18,211 nucleotides of DNA. Source: Promethearchaeota archaeon (lineage in GTDB: Archaea; Asgardarchaeota; Lokiarchaeia; Sigyniarchaeales; SOKP01). Both the position numbers and the translations under genes were made by a program. The stretch is taken from assembly GCA_048940645.1 (NCBI GenBank), contig JBHLOI010000065.1, positions 1 to 18,211 of the forward strand. Direction: 5' to 3'. Positions 7,840-16,590 of the stretch are shown one piece after another. Every line of letters begins with the position of its first letter. Position 1 is the first letter of the stretch. The notes under the pieces are model-generated. The model searched no databases and was not told the origin of the DNA. It saw only the letters and a program-made list of their open reading frames with translations.

Positions 7840-9750
7840 CTATTTAAGTAAAATGGTTTCTCGATTTTTTGGAGATTTAGTAGCTTTCCTTAACTTTTTA
7901 TGGATCATTGTAGATAAACTCACACATTTACTCTCTTCTCCATGATTAGTAATTACAACTTTAGGTCGTGGCTGAATACGTCGTAGAAATTGGGAAATCT
8001 GGCTTCTTGATGAATGTCCACTAAATCCTTCAAGCGTAAAGACATTAATATTCAACTTTACAAGCTGCGTTCTGCCTTTAGCATCGACATATTGAAATTC
8101 TCTGAATCCTTTTTGGATACGGGAACCTAAGGTACCATTAACTTGGTATGATACGAAAATTAATGAGTTATTTTTATCTTCTGCTAATGACCTAAGATAT
8201 TGCACTGACGGCCCACCAATTAACATACCGCTCGTAGCTAAAATAATACATGGCCCTCCTGTAATAACATCCAATCTCTCATCTGGAGTACTTATTGTAG
8301 TGAAAAATTCGCTTAGAAAGGGATTTTTACCTTGATGAAGTATTTTTTCTCTCAAATCAGAACTAAGAAAATCAGGATGAGCTGTATGAACTGCTGTAGC
8401 CTCAGCAATTAATCCATCTAAGAATATTGGGACTCTATCAATTAAACCTTTTGAAATAAATTCTTCAAGTATAATTATCAATTCCTGAGCTCGCCCTACA
8501 GCTAAGACCGGAATTAAGACCTTTCCTCCACGCTTAAGTGTCGAGTTTAAAATTTGTCGGAGCTCTCTCTCCGAATCTTGGCGACTGGGGATACGATCTT
8601 GCGGACCGCCATATGTTGCTTCGAGAAGTAGGGCTTCGACTCGGGGAAATTTAACAGCGGCCTTTTCGAGCAGCCTAGTCTTCTGGAACTTGAAATCTCC
8701 GGTGTAGATAAAATTAAATCCACCCTTTCCGAAATGTAAATGAATTATTGAAGAACCTAATATATGTCCAGAATTATGTAGCGTAAGTTTTATATCTGGT
8801 GCTATATCAGTAACTTTTCCCCATGAAAGAGGAACCGTATGCAGTACCGTTGTTTTAACGTCTCTTCTTGAATAAGGGGGTGGTATACCTTCTTTTTCAC
8901 AAATTTGAACAAAATCTAATTGCAACATAGTAGATAAATTGCGAGTTGGTAAAGTACAATATACAGGTCCCCTATAACCATATTTATAAAGAAACGGAAC
9001 CATACCGCAATGATCTAGATGTGCATGAGAGATAATAACTGCATCAAGATCTCGTATTGAAAATTCAGGTACATCGAAATAAGGAAATTTATCATTATTG
9101 TTTCCTACATTTAAACCCACATCAAGTAATATATTACTATCCCTTGTTTGCATTAAAATACAGGATCTTCCTACTTCCCGAAACCCACCTAGAGCAGTCA
9201 ATCTAATATCCAAATCTTTAAAAAGTATTGGACGATGAATTCTTTTTCCAATTCTTAATAGGATATCTTTTTGACTTTGTCGCTCTCTCGTCAACATCCC
9301 TCTAATAAGGCCGATTGTTTTAGATGTTAATGGTGGTGTTCTTATTGTTTTAGGTTGCCAAAAAGTATTTGCTCTTATTTCCTTCAAATTAACTCCTTTT
9401 TTCCCTATTACAAGACCAGGTTTACCAGATTCAATGATTACTTCCCCACGAGTATGATCAAATTCAATATCTGAAATTTCTGCTTCTTCACCTACTAAAC
9501 TTCTAATATATTCTTCAGTTTCTGAAGGTTCCTTACGTTTTTCGACATTCCATCTAAAAACTACCCTTTTTCTCATAGTTTTAGCTAAATCTTTCAAGAT
9601 GTCAGAACTTTCAACCACATCAAGATTAGAATTTTCAGAATATACTGCTATTTCAGGACCTTCAAACTCAATTTTCTGTACTTCTATATCAGGAGGTAGA
9701 TTTTGTATAATTTCACTTTTAATTCTTTCTAATTCTTGTTCGGAACTCAT
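7840..9750 (-). CDS. fttA: Archaeal beta-CASP ribonuclease aCPSF1 / transcription termination factor FttA
   Basis: N-terminal KH domains (IEFEGPEIAVY, KPGLVIGKKG), LGGFREVGRS, SHAHLDH, SGHILGS, YTGD, EATYG, GFSGHS and NHGE motifs; 636 aa. Confidence 0.97.
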   Translation of the reverse strand: MSSEQELERIKSEIIQNLPPDIEVQKIEFEGPEIAVYSENSNLDVVESSDILKDLAKTMRKRVVFRWNVEKRKEPSETEEYIRSLVGEEAEISDIEFDHTRGEVIIESGKPGLVIGKKGVNLKEIRANTFWQPKTIRTPPLTSKTIGLIRGMLTRERQSQKDILLRIGKRIHRPILFKDLDIRLTALGGFREVGRSCILMQTRDSNILLDVGLNVGNNNDKFPYFDVPEFSIRDLDAVIISHAHLDHCGMVPFLYKYGYRGPVYCTLPTRNLSTMLQLDFVQICEKEGIPPPYSRRDVKTTVLHTVPLSWGKVTDIAPDIKLTLHNSGHILGSSIIHLHFGKGGFNFIYTGDFKFQKTRLLEKAAVKFPRVEALLLEATYGGPQDRIPSRQDSERELRQILNSTLKRGGKVLIPVLAVGRAQELIIILEEFISKGLIDRVPIFLDGLIAEATAVHTAHPDFLSSDLREKILHQGKNPFLSEFFTTISTPDERLDVITGGPCIILATSGMLIGGPSVQYLRSLAEDKNNSLIFVSYQVNGTLGSRIQKGFREFQYVDAKGRTQLVKLNINVFTLEGFSGHSSRSQISQFLRRIQPRPKVVITNHGEESKCVSLSTMIHKKLRKATKSPKNRETILLK

Positions 9751-10034
9751 AAAACTTCAGTTTTTTAAATTAGTTCTTAAATTTTTATTTAAGAATTCCT
9801 TAAATTGTATTTTTATTATCTAATAAGATTTTAATATATCTCAATTATTTTTGACTTCTAAACTATGTACGCATGAATATAATATATTTTTAAATGATAT
9901 TTTTTCAACAATCAGAATCTATTTCTCTTAGATAATAAGAGAGAAATTTTAAAAGATCAAATATAAGAATAAATGACTTCTATTTTCTAAGATATATATA
10001 AGTTAATCACATAAAAACCTTTTTATTATGTAGA

Positions 10035-10059
10035 ATAGGAGAATTCCTATGTTTAAATA
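10035..10059. promoter_or_regulatory. Palindrome ATAGGA-gaat-TCCTAT directly upstream of TATA-like TTTAAATA in the divergent fttA/purN region
   Basis: 6-bp perfect inverted repeat at 10035-10050; TTTAAATA at 10052-10059. Confidence 0.3.
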
Positions 10060-10137
10060 GTATATCTTTAATATTAAAGACATTAAATATACTCTATTTG
10101 AGTAAAATTTTTTTAAAAAAGAAACTTTAAAGGAACT

Positions 10138-10776
10138 ATGTCGAAAGTAAAAAAAATAGGAGCATTAGCCTCCGGATCGGGTAGTAATTTTGAAGCTATA
10201 GTAAAAGCATGTGAAAATGGAATTTTAAAGAATAAAGCAAAAGTAGAAGTTTTAATCTGCAATAAACCTGGAGCCTTTTGCATGGAACGTGCTAAAAAAC
10301 ATAATATCCCCTATTTTTTAATAGAATCTGATAAATATCTTCATTTACCAAGAGAAGAATTTGATGAAAAAATGATAACCATATTAAAACAATATGAATG
10401 TGATTTAATTGTGTTAGTTGGTTATATGAGGCTAGTAAGTCAAAAGTTTATTAACACTTTTAAGGGAAATGTAATGAACATCCATCCTGCATTGTTGCCT
10501 TCTTTCAGAGGAATGCATGCCCATAAAGATGCCTTGGAATATGGAGTAAAAGTTTCTGGAGCTACAGTTCATTTTGTAGATGTAGAAACTGATCATGGCC
10601 CTATTATAATTCAAAAGTGTGTCCCTGTATATGATACTGATACTGAAGGAACTTTAGGTCCAAGAGTTTTAGAATGGGAACACAAAATTTTCCCAAAAGC
10701 GATTGAGTTATATTGTGACGGGAGGTTACATATAGATAACAGAATAGTAAAAATAGATGGAGAACTAAAATTATAA
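10138..10776 (+). CDS. purN: Phosphoribosylglycinamide formyltransferase
   Basis: LASGSGSNFEAI, GYMR, NIHPALLPSF, GATVHFV, DHGPII and EH motifs. Confidence 0.97.
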   Translation: MSKVKKIGALASGSGSNFEAIVKACENGILKNKAKVEVLICNKPGAFCMERAKKHNIPYFLIESDKYLHLPREEFDEKMITILKQYECDLIVLVGYMRLVSQKFINTFKGNVMNIHPALLPSFRGMHAHKDALEYGVKVSGATVHFVDVETDHGPIIIQKCVPVYDTDTEGTLGPRVLEWEHKIFPKAIELYCDGRLHIDNRIVKIDGELKL

Positions 10777-10794
10777 GTTATTGCATCATATAAT

Positions 10795-10897
10795 GCGGGA
10801 AATGATTTCGTTGAAAACTCTGACCCAACTGAAAATTGAAAATATTATTTCAATTTTATGAAGATGATCTTGAGTTATGAGAATCATCATTTCCCGC
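10795..10897 (+). ncRNA. Box C/D methylation-guide sRNA; predicted target Cm34 of tRNA-Leu(CAA)
   Basis: 12-bp terminal stem GCGGGAAATGAT/ATCATTTCCCGC; degenerate C box TTGAAAA (10811-17); 11-nt guide; D' CTGA (10829-32); 9-bp hairpin; C' ATGAAGA (10858-64); 12-nt guide TGATCTTGAGTT; D box ATGA (10877-80). TATA-like TTATAA at 10771-76 and a T-tract at 10901-05. Confidence 0.75.
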
Positions 10898-10988
10898 TCC
10901 TTTTTAAGTTCTAATAATCCTAAAATTTTAATCGAAAGAATTATTGATTATTTATATATCATATTAAGAAACTGAATAGGTAATAGTA

Positions 10989-13178
10989 ATGCCACGCCGT
11001 AAGGAAATAACAGATATACTAAGAATGATGGAACAAACAGAGAATATAAGAAATTTTGGATTAGTTGGGCATATAGACCACGGTAAAACTACCCTTTCTG
11101 ATTCATTATTAAGTGAAGCTGGTTTTTTATCGCCAGATTTAGCTGGTGAAGCTAGAGCACTTGATTATCTAGAAGAAGAACAACAACGTGGAATTACTAT
11201 GAAATCTGCCAATATTTCTTTGTATTATGAAAAGACATTGGAAGACCATAAACCCTTTCTTATTAATTTAGTTGACACCCCAGGACACTTAGATTTTAGT
11301 GGTAAAGTTACACGAGCTTTAAGGCTAGTTGACGGAGTTGTGGTTGTAGTTGACGCAGTTGAAGAAATTATCACTCAATCTGAAACAGTAATTAAACAAG
11401 CGTTACAAGAACGAGTTAAACCGATCTTGTATATAAATAAAGTGGATCGTCTTATTCGAGAATTAAAATTGACTGACGAGGAGATAAGAAAGAAATATAC
11501 TAGAATTATTAATGATTTTAATAAACTTATTAAAAGATATGCCGATAAACCATTCAAAAAAGAATGGCAAGTATCCCCCGCTAATGGAAATGTCGCTTTT
11601 GGATCCGCACTTCATAAATGGGGCTTTACGTTAAAAATTTTGGAAAAAAGTGAACTTAAATTCAGTGATATAAAAGCTAGATATAAAAAAGAGACTTATT
11701 CAAAAGAAACATATGCAGATTTGGTTATATATCTTCCAATTCATAAAGCCATTTTAGAAATGGTCGTAGATCATCTTCCCAATCCTAAAGAGGCACAGAA
11801 ATACAGAATCGAAAAAATCTGGGATGGAGATATCAATTCAGAAATAGGACACGCAATGAGAGAATGTAATCCTCTTGGCCCATTAGTGATTTGTATGAGT
11901 AAAGTACAAGTTGATAAACAAAATCTTATAGCTACAGGAAGAATTTTCTCAGGGATTTGCTCAAAAAGAGAAGAAATATTTTTATTACGTGAAAATAATT
12001 ATGAAGTGATTCAACGTACAGCTATTTTTATGGGTCAAAGAAGAGAACAGGTCGAAAAAGTACCTGTTGGAAATATAGTGGCAATAGAAGGTCTTAAAAG
12101 GCTAAAAAGTGGCGAAACTATTGTTGAAAGTAATTACATAGATAAGATGGTTCCATTTGAAGATGTAAAATATGTAACTACCCCAGTTGTTACAGTCTCT
12201 ATTGAACCTGAATATTTGAGGGATATGGATGAAATGAGAAAATTAATTGAAAATCTAATGATTGAAGACCCAAATTTAAGATTTGAAATTAATGAGGAAA
12301 ACGGTGAATTCTTATTATCGGGTATGGGACCATTACATCTTGAAGTAACAGCAAAGGAAATAGAAAAAAGGGGTATAAAGGTTTCAATATCGGAACCAAG
12401 GGCAGTTTTCAAGGAATCATGTCGATCTAATTCATCATTAATTACTGTGAATTCACCAAATAATCAGAGTTCCCTTTCAATTAAGATTGAGAGATTGGAT
12501 CGCAAAACAGCTAGTTTTTTACAATCTGTAAATATTAATTCATTTAAGCCCTTAAGTGTTTTAAAAGAAATTTTGGAAAAGAAGACAAACTTAAGGGAAT
12601 CTGATATTGAACACTTTTGGAAATTTGATAGTGATCAAAATCTCCTAATTTATAATGGAATTGATAATTTAAATGAGTTTTTTAAGAATATTATTATTGA
12701 AATTTTCAAAAAAATTCAGCTAAACGGACCACTCTGTGGTGAAAAACTTACTGAACTTAAAATTAGCGTTGAAAATTTGAAGATCGATAATTTAAATGAG
12801 GAGAATGCATTTACAGAATTATCTACTATGTTTTATGAAGCAATAAAAAAAGGACTTAACGAAGCTGAATTAATTTTACTCGAACCATTATACCATTGCA
12901 TTATCCAACTGCCTCCAGATTATATTAAAAATGTATTAACTTTACTCACGAAATATTCAGCTAAAATTAAAAATATAAATCAGGAGAAAGAATATCAAGC
13001 GATAATCGAAATCCTAATCCCTGTTAGGAATTCAATAAAATTTGCTGAAGATATACGATCTACCACCTCAGGAAGAGCTTTCTGGCAAAATGAATTTTAT
13101 GCCTTTTTGGAAGTTCCGCACCATGAGGCAAATTCAATAATTAATAACCTGCGATTTATAAAAGGACTTTCTTGGTAA
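10989..13178 (+). CDS. Elongation factor 2 paralog (aEF-2p type, lacks the diphthamide His motif)
   Basis: Intact G motifs GHIDHGKTT, RGIT, DTPGH, NKVD and GSAL, plus GMGPLHLE, GPLC and LLEP. The domain IV loop reads KIDNLNEENAF in place of HEDxxHRG. Confidence 0.92.
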   Translation: MPRRKEITDILRMMEQTENIRNFGLVGHIDHGKTTLSDSLLSEAGFLSPDLAGEARALDYLEEEQQRGITMKSANISLYYEKTLEDHKPFLINLVDTPGHLDFSGKVTRALRLVDGVVVVVDAVEEIITQSETVIKQALQERVKPILYINKVDRLIRELKLTDEEIRKKYTRIINDFNKLIKRYADKPFKKEWQVSPANGNVAFGSALHKWGFTLKILEKSELKFSDIKARYKKETYSKETYADLVIYLPIHKAILEMVVDHLPNPKEAQKYRIEKIWDGDINSEIGHAMRECNPLGPLVICMSKVQVDKQNLIATGRIFSGICSKREEIFLLRENNYEVIQRTAIFMGQRREQVEKVPVGNIVAIEGLKRLKSGETIVESNYIDKMVPFEDVKYVTTPVVTVSIEPEYLRDMDEMRKLIENLMIEDPNLRFEINEENGEFLLSGMGPLHLEVTAKEIEKRGIKVSISEPRAVFKESCRSNSSLITVNSPNNQSSLSIKIERLDRKTASFLQSVNINSFKPLSVLKEILEKKTNLRESDIEHFWKFDSDQNLLIYNGIDNLNEFFKNIIIEIFKKIQLNGPLCGEKLTELKISVENLKIDNLNEENAFTELSTMFYEAIKKGLNEAELILLEPLYHCIIQLPPDYIKNVLTLLTKYSAKIKNINQEKEYQAIIEILIPVRNSIKFAEDIRSTTSGRAFWQNEFYAFLEVPHHEANSIINNLRFIKGLSW

Positions 13179-13191
13179 AATTGGAAAAGTA

Positions 13192-13262
13192 TGCGCCCGC
13201 CGGGAATTGAACCCGGGACGCTGGCTTGGGAAGCCAGCATATTACCACTATACTACGAGCGC
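13192..13262 (-). tRNA. tRNA-Gly (anticodon CCC), intron-less, CCA not encoded
   Basis: Minus strand reads GCGCTCG-TA-GTATAGTGGTAATAT-G-CTGGC-TTCCCAA-GCCAG-CGTC-CCGGG-TTCAATT-CCCGG-CGGGCGC-A. Confidence 0.96.
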
Positions 13263-13435
13263 TTTTTGTGATTTGTATAATATAATCATAATAGTATTAC
13301 TGAAATAAATTTTTTGAATCCCAGTTAGAAAAAATACTAAAATTGCTAAAAAGAGTTAAAAATGAGTTAAAAATTAAAATATGAATCGATCTTATTATAA
13401 AATTAGTTCTTTATAAAAACAATTAATGGGTAAAA

Positions 13436-14113
13436 TTGATGGATATTATAGAATTAAAAATAGAAAAAGGCATTCAAATTAATCAAGATGATGCTTTAAT
13501 TATTGTGGATATGCAATACGACTTTATGCCTGGTGGGGCATTACCGGTTGAAAATGGTGATCAAATCATTGAGGGGATCAATAATTTAGCGTTAAAATTC
13601 AATGCTAATCAGAATAAAGTTGTTTTAACTCAAGACTGGCATCCCCAGGATCATTTATCTTTTGCAAGCAATCATCCTGGGAAAATTCCTGGTGATGAAT
13701 ATCAAACCGAAGCTATAGGTCCTGTGCTGTGGCCTGATCATTGTGTGCAAGGCTCAAAAGGAGCAGAATTCCATAATAAGCTGGATAAAAATTTAGCACA
13801 TGCTATAATTCGCAAGGGCTATAATCCTCAAATCGATAGTTATTCTGGCTTTATTGAAAATGACAAGAAATCTGAAACAGGTTTAGCAGGATACTTAAAA
13901 TCACTAAGCATCAAGAGAATTTTTGTGTGTGGCTTAGCATTAGATTACTGTTGTTATTCAACAGCTATCGATGGTATTGATTTTGGATTTGAAGTATATT
14001 TTTTGATTGATCTAACTAAAGGAATTGACTTACCTCCTGGCAATATTTCAAACTCTTTAGAAAGTATGACTAAAAAAGGTATCAAATTCGCAAAGATTGA
14101 AAGCTTTTCTTAA
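13436..14113 (+). CDS. pncA: Nicotinamidase/pyrazinamidase
   Basis: VDMQYDF, GGAL, QDWHP, H-x-SF, WPDHC, RKG...DSYSGF and GLALDYC motifs. Confidence 0.95.
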   Translation: MMDIIELKIEKGIQINQDDALIIVDMQYDFMPGGALPVENGDQIIEGINNLALKFNANQNKVVLTQDWHPQDHLSFASNHPGKIPGDEYQTEAIGPVLWPDHCVQGSKGAEFHNKLDKNLAHAIIRKGYNPQIDSYSGFIENDKKSETGLAGYLKSLSIKRIFVCGLALDYCCYSTAIDGIDFGFEVYFLIDLTKGIDLPPGNISNSLESMTKKGIKFAKIESFS

Positions 14114-14200
14114 ATTCAATATCTTTTCTATAACTTATAACTTTTAAAGTATCGTTTCATTACAGAAATAATACACTAAAAGCTTAATATCAACTTAATT

Positions 14201-14677
14201 ATGAATATAAACTTCCCTTACAAAAATATTTTAGTTGTTTGTAGTGTAAACACAGCTAGAAGTCCCATGGTTGTCGGATTTTTGAAGGATTTTTTTTCAA
14301 AAAATAATTTAGATGTGAATGTTCTATCAGGAGGAATAGCCTCAAACGCTAGGGATGGGATGCTTATCTCTCTTGACGCAAAATTAGTCATGAAAGAGGA
14401 GGGAATTGATTTACCAGAAGAATCTCTATCAATAGACTTAAAAAAACGTCCATTTTTAATTCATAAATCAGATTTGATCCTAACGTTAACCGAAAAGCAT
14501 AAAAGTGAAATCCTTAAGCTTATCAAAAGCAATAATAAAGAAATTTTTACCTTAAAAGAATTTGCTGGTGATTATGGAGATATTGAGGATCCTTCAATGA
14601 AGGGAGTAGATGGTTTCAGAAAAGCAAGAGATAAAATAAAAGAAAATATAATGAAAGGATTAAAGAAATATATGTGA
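14201..14677 (+). CDS. Low-molecular-weight phosphatase (LMW-PTP/YwlE-like)
   Basis: P-loop CSVNTARS (CX5R), SGG, DLILTL, FTLKEF and DIEDP motifs. Confidence 0.88.
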   Translation: MNINFPYKNILVVCSVNTARSPMVVGFLKDFFSKNNLDVNVLSGGIASNARDGMLISLDAKLVMKEEGIDLPEESLSIDLKKRPFLIHKSDLILTLTEKHKSEILKLIKSNNKEIFTLKEFAGDYGDIEDPSMKGVDGFRKARDKIKENIMKGLKKYM

Positions 14678-14683
14678 GATTGT

Positions 14684-15535
14684 ATGTGGGAATTTATCAT
14701 TATTGCAATTTTACAAGGATTATTTGAATGGCTTCCTATATCATCTTCAGGTCAAGTAATGATTCTTTCTTTGGGATTTCTCAATATTTTAAAAGCAGAA
14801 GCATTCAGTCTTTCAATATGGCTGCATTTAGGAACTACATTTGCAGTTATTATTAAGTTTAGAAAAGATTATATTAACATTGTCAAATCTTTTATACCTA
14901 ATAAGTTTAATAGTAATAAATTGGACATTAAAAAGAGAAACTGGTTAATTTTTGGTACGATTGGCACTGCTATTACTGCTTTACCATTGTATTTTTTATT
15001 TAAGATCATTGTTATTGGAGAATTTACAGAAATCCAGGGAGATATTCTAACTCTAATAATTTCTGCATTACTCATTATAACCGGTATTGTTTTACTTAAA
15101 ATAAAAAAGATATACGGAGCGAAAATAATAGATAATACACAAGATAAGGATATAATGAAAGATTCCTTTATAGCTGGACTATTTCAAGGTTGCGCTATTC
15201 TCCCAGGAATTTCTCGTTCTGGTTTTACTGTATCTACTATTCTCTTTGAAAAATATGAGTCTGAACATGCTTTAAAATTAGGTTTTTTGATGTCAGTTCC
15301 TGTTGCAATTGCATCTATTATTGTTGATATTATATTTGGGAGTTCTGTTTTCGGAATCTTAGATCCTCTTACTATAGTTATTATAACAATAGTTAGCTTT
15401 GTAATTGGATATCTTTCTATGGAATTATTACTAAGAGTTTCAAAAAAAATTCAATTTGGATATTTCTGCATATTATATGGAATTATATCATGGTTAGTTA
15501 TCTTTCCAATCCTTATTGCCACAGGTATAAGTTAA
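14684..15535 (+). CDS. uppP: Undecaprenyl(polyprenyl)-diphosphate phosphatase, BacA/UppP family
   Basis: QGLFEWLPISSSG, LHLGT and PGISRSG motifs; multiple TM helices. Confidence 0.92.
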   Translation: MWEFIIIAILQGLFEWLPISSSGQVMILSLGFLNILKAEAFSLSIWLHLGTTFAVIIKFRKDYINIVKSFIPNKFNSNKLDIKKRNWLIFGTIGTAITALPLYFLFKIIVIGEFTEIQGDILTLIISALLIITGIVLLKIKKIYGAKIIDNTQDKDIMKDSFIAGLFQGCAILPGISRSGFTVSTILFEKYESEHALKLGFLMSVPVAIASIIVDIIFGSSVFGILDPLTIVIITIVSFVIGYLSMELLLRVSKKIQFGYFCILYGIISWLVIFPILIATGIS

Positions 15536-16425
15536 ATAGTTGAGATATAGTCTTTAAGATAATTTACAATTATATCATCTATATTTAGAATACCCTTAAA
15601 TCCTGGAAAATCATTTAAGTCAACTAAATAATATTTTCGCCTATTTAAAGGTTTTATTAGATCAAATCCGAATATCCTAAGATTCAATTGTTTTGCTAAA
15701 ATTTTTGCTAATTTTTTGACACTTTCCGTTATTTTAAATTCTTGTCTATCTATCTCATCAACATTAATATCAGCGGGATTTTCACGTAGAAAGATATAAA
15801 TTGGGTTCTCTCTTTTAATTCCAAAAACTTTATCACCTACAACATAAACCTTTCTTTCTATTCCATCACATTCTATAAATTCTTGAATATATACATCATA
15901 ATATGTGAAAGCATTATATCTATTGCAGAATTTATCGATTTCGTTTATTTTTTTTGCTAAAAAATTGAATCTGTTATACTTATCATGCTGATAATGACTT
16001 TTTATAACAATTGGTAATTTGGGGGAGGCCCATTTCTTAAATTTTGATATATTTGATACATTATAGTTCCAAGATTGGGGCAGAGAAAAATATCTATTAA
16101 TATATGGATTTTGATTAAAAACTTTCCTCAGTGCATAATCGAGAGCTATTTTATTTTTACACATTAAAACGGTATCCACATTATGAAGGGCTGGAATGTT
16201 ATTAATCTTAGCATAATGAAGAAGGTCGATGGAACAATCATTTCTAACTTTCACAATAATAAGAGCTGCTTCTTCAAAAGAATTCGGCATATTTGAAAGA
16301 TTAAAGAATTCATTTTTAGGATCATGAGTAATAAGCTTAATATTTTGAATTTTCTCTAATTTATCTATAACCTTTTTGATGACTTCATGATCTTGTCTAG
16401 CTGAGAATATTATCTTTTTTTGCAT
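15532..16425 (-). CDS. ATP-grasp kinase, inositol-tris/tetrakisphosphate kinase (ITPK1)-like
   Basis: PIVIK, QEFI, KVYVVG...R, LRIFGFDLI and VDLNDFPGFKG follow the ITPK1 pattern (KVFVVG, LFGxD, IDINxFPGY) better than RimK (R-x-x-VVG, EVNxxPG). Confidence 0.72.
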   Translation of the reverse strand: MQKKIIFSARQDHEVIKKVIDKLEKIQNIKLITHDPKNEFFNLSNMPNSFEEAALIIVKVRNDCSIDLLHYAKINNIPALHNVDTVLMCKNKIALDYALRKVFNQNPYINRYFSLPQSWNYNVSNISKFKKWASPKLPIVIKSHYQHDKYNRFNFLAKKINEIDKFCNRYNAFTYYDVYIQEFIECDGIERKVYVVGDKVFGIKRENPIYIFLRENPADINVDEIDRQEFKITESVKKLAKILAKQLNLRIFGFDLIKPLNRRKYYLVDLNDFPGFKGILNIDDIIVNYLKDYISTI

Positions 16426-16590
16426 CCCTTAATCATTTATTATAGTTTTACATTCATTAATTTACATTCTTATCTCAAATGTAATTTATACTACCCTTTA
16501 ATATTAAGTTTAAAAGGATATGCTTTTAAATATTAACGATAATTTATCATCAAAACATTTTTTTCAAAAAAAAAATAACGTGAAAGATCC

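Noticed and set aside
10795-10897. Alternative readings of the stem-loop as a SECIS, a purine/ZTP riboswitch or a minus-strand C/D RNA (perfect ATGATGA on the minus strand)
   Set aside because: purN has no in-frame TGA, riboswitch consensus motifs are absent, and the minus-strand C box is buried in the stem with no matching D box. The + strand model explains all boxes and a target.
13353-13374. GAGTTAAAAAT tandem repeat upstream of pncA
   Set aside because: Low complexity and only two copies; cannot be told apart from chance or slippage.
14675-14686. The LMW phosphatase TGA stop is in frame with uppP (possible Sec/readthrough fusion)
   Set aside because: In-frame by chance one time in three; the TGA is not at a catalytic position, no SECIS was seen, and uppP has its own ATG.
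321-15075. Short ORFs 321-521, 1492-1758, 5747-5941, 9599-9823, 10432-10614, 11375-11557, 12134-12412, 14869-15075
   Set aside because: All are antisense shadows of well-supported genes and carry no recognisable motifs.
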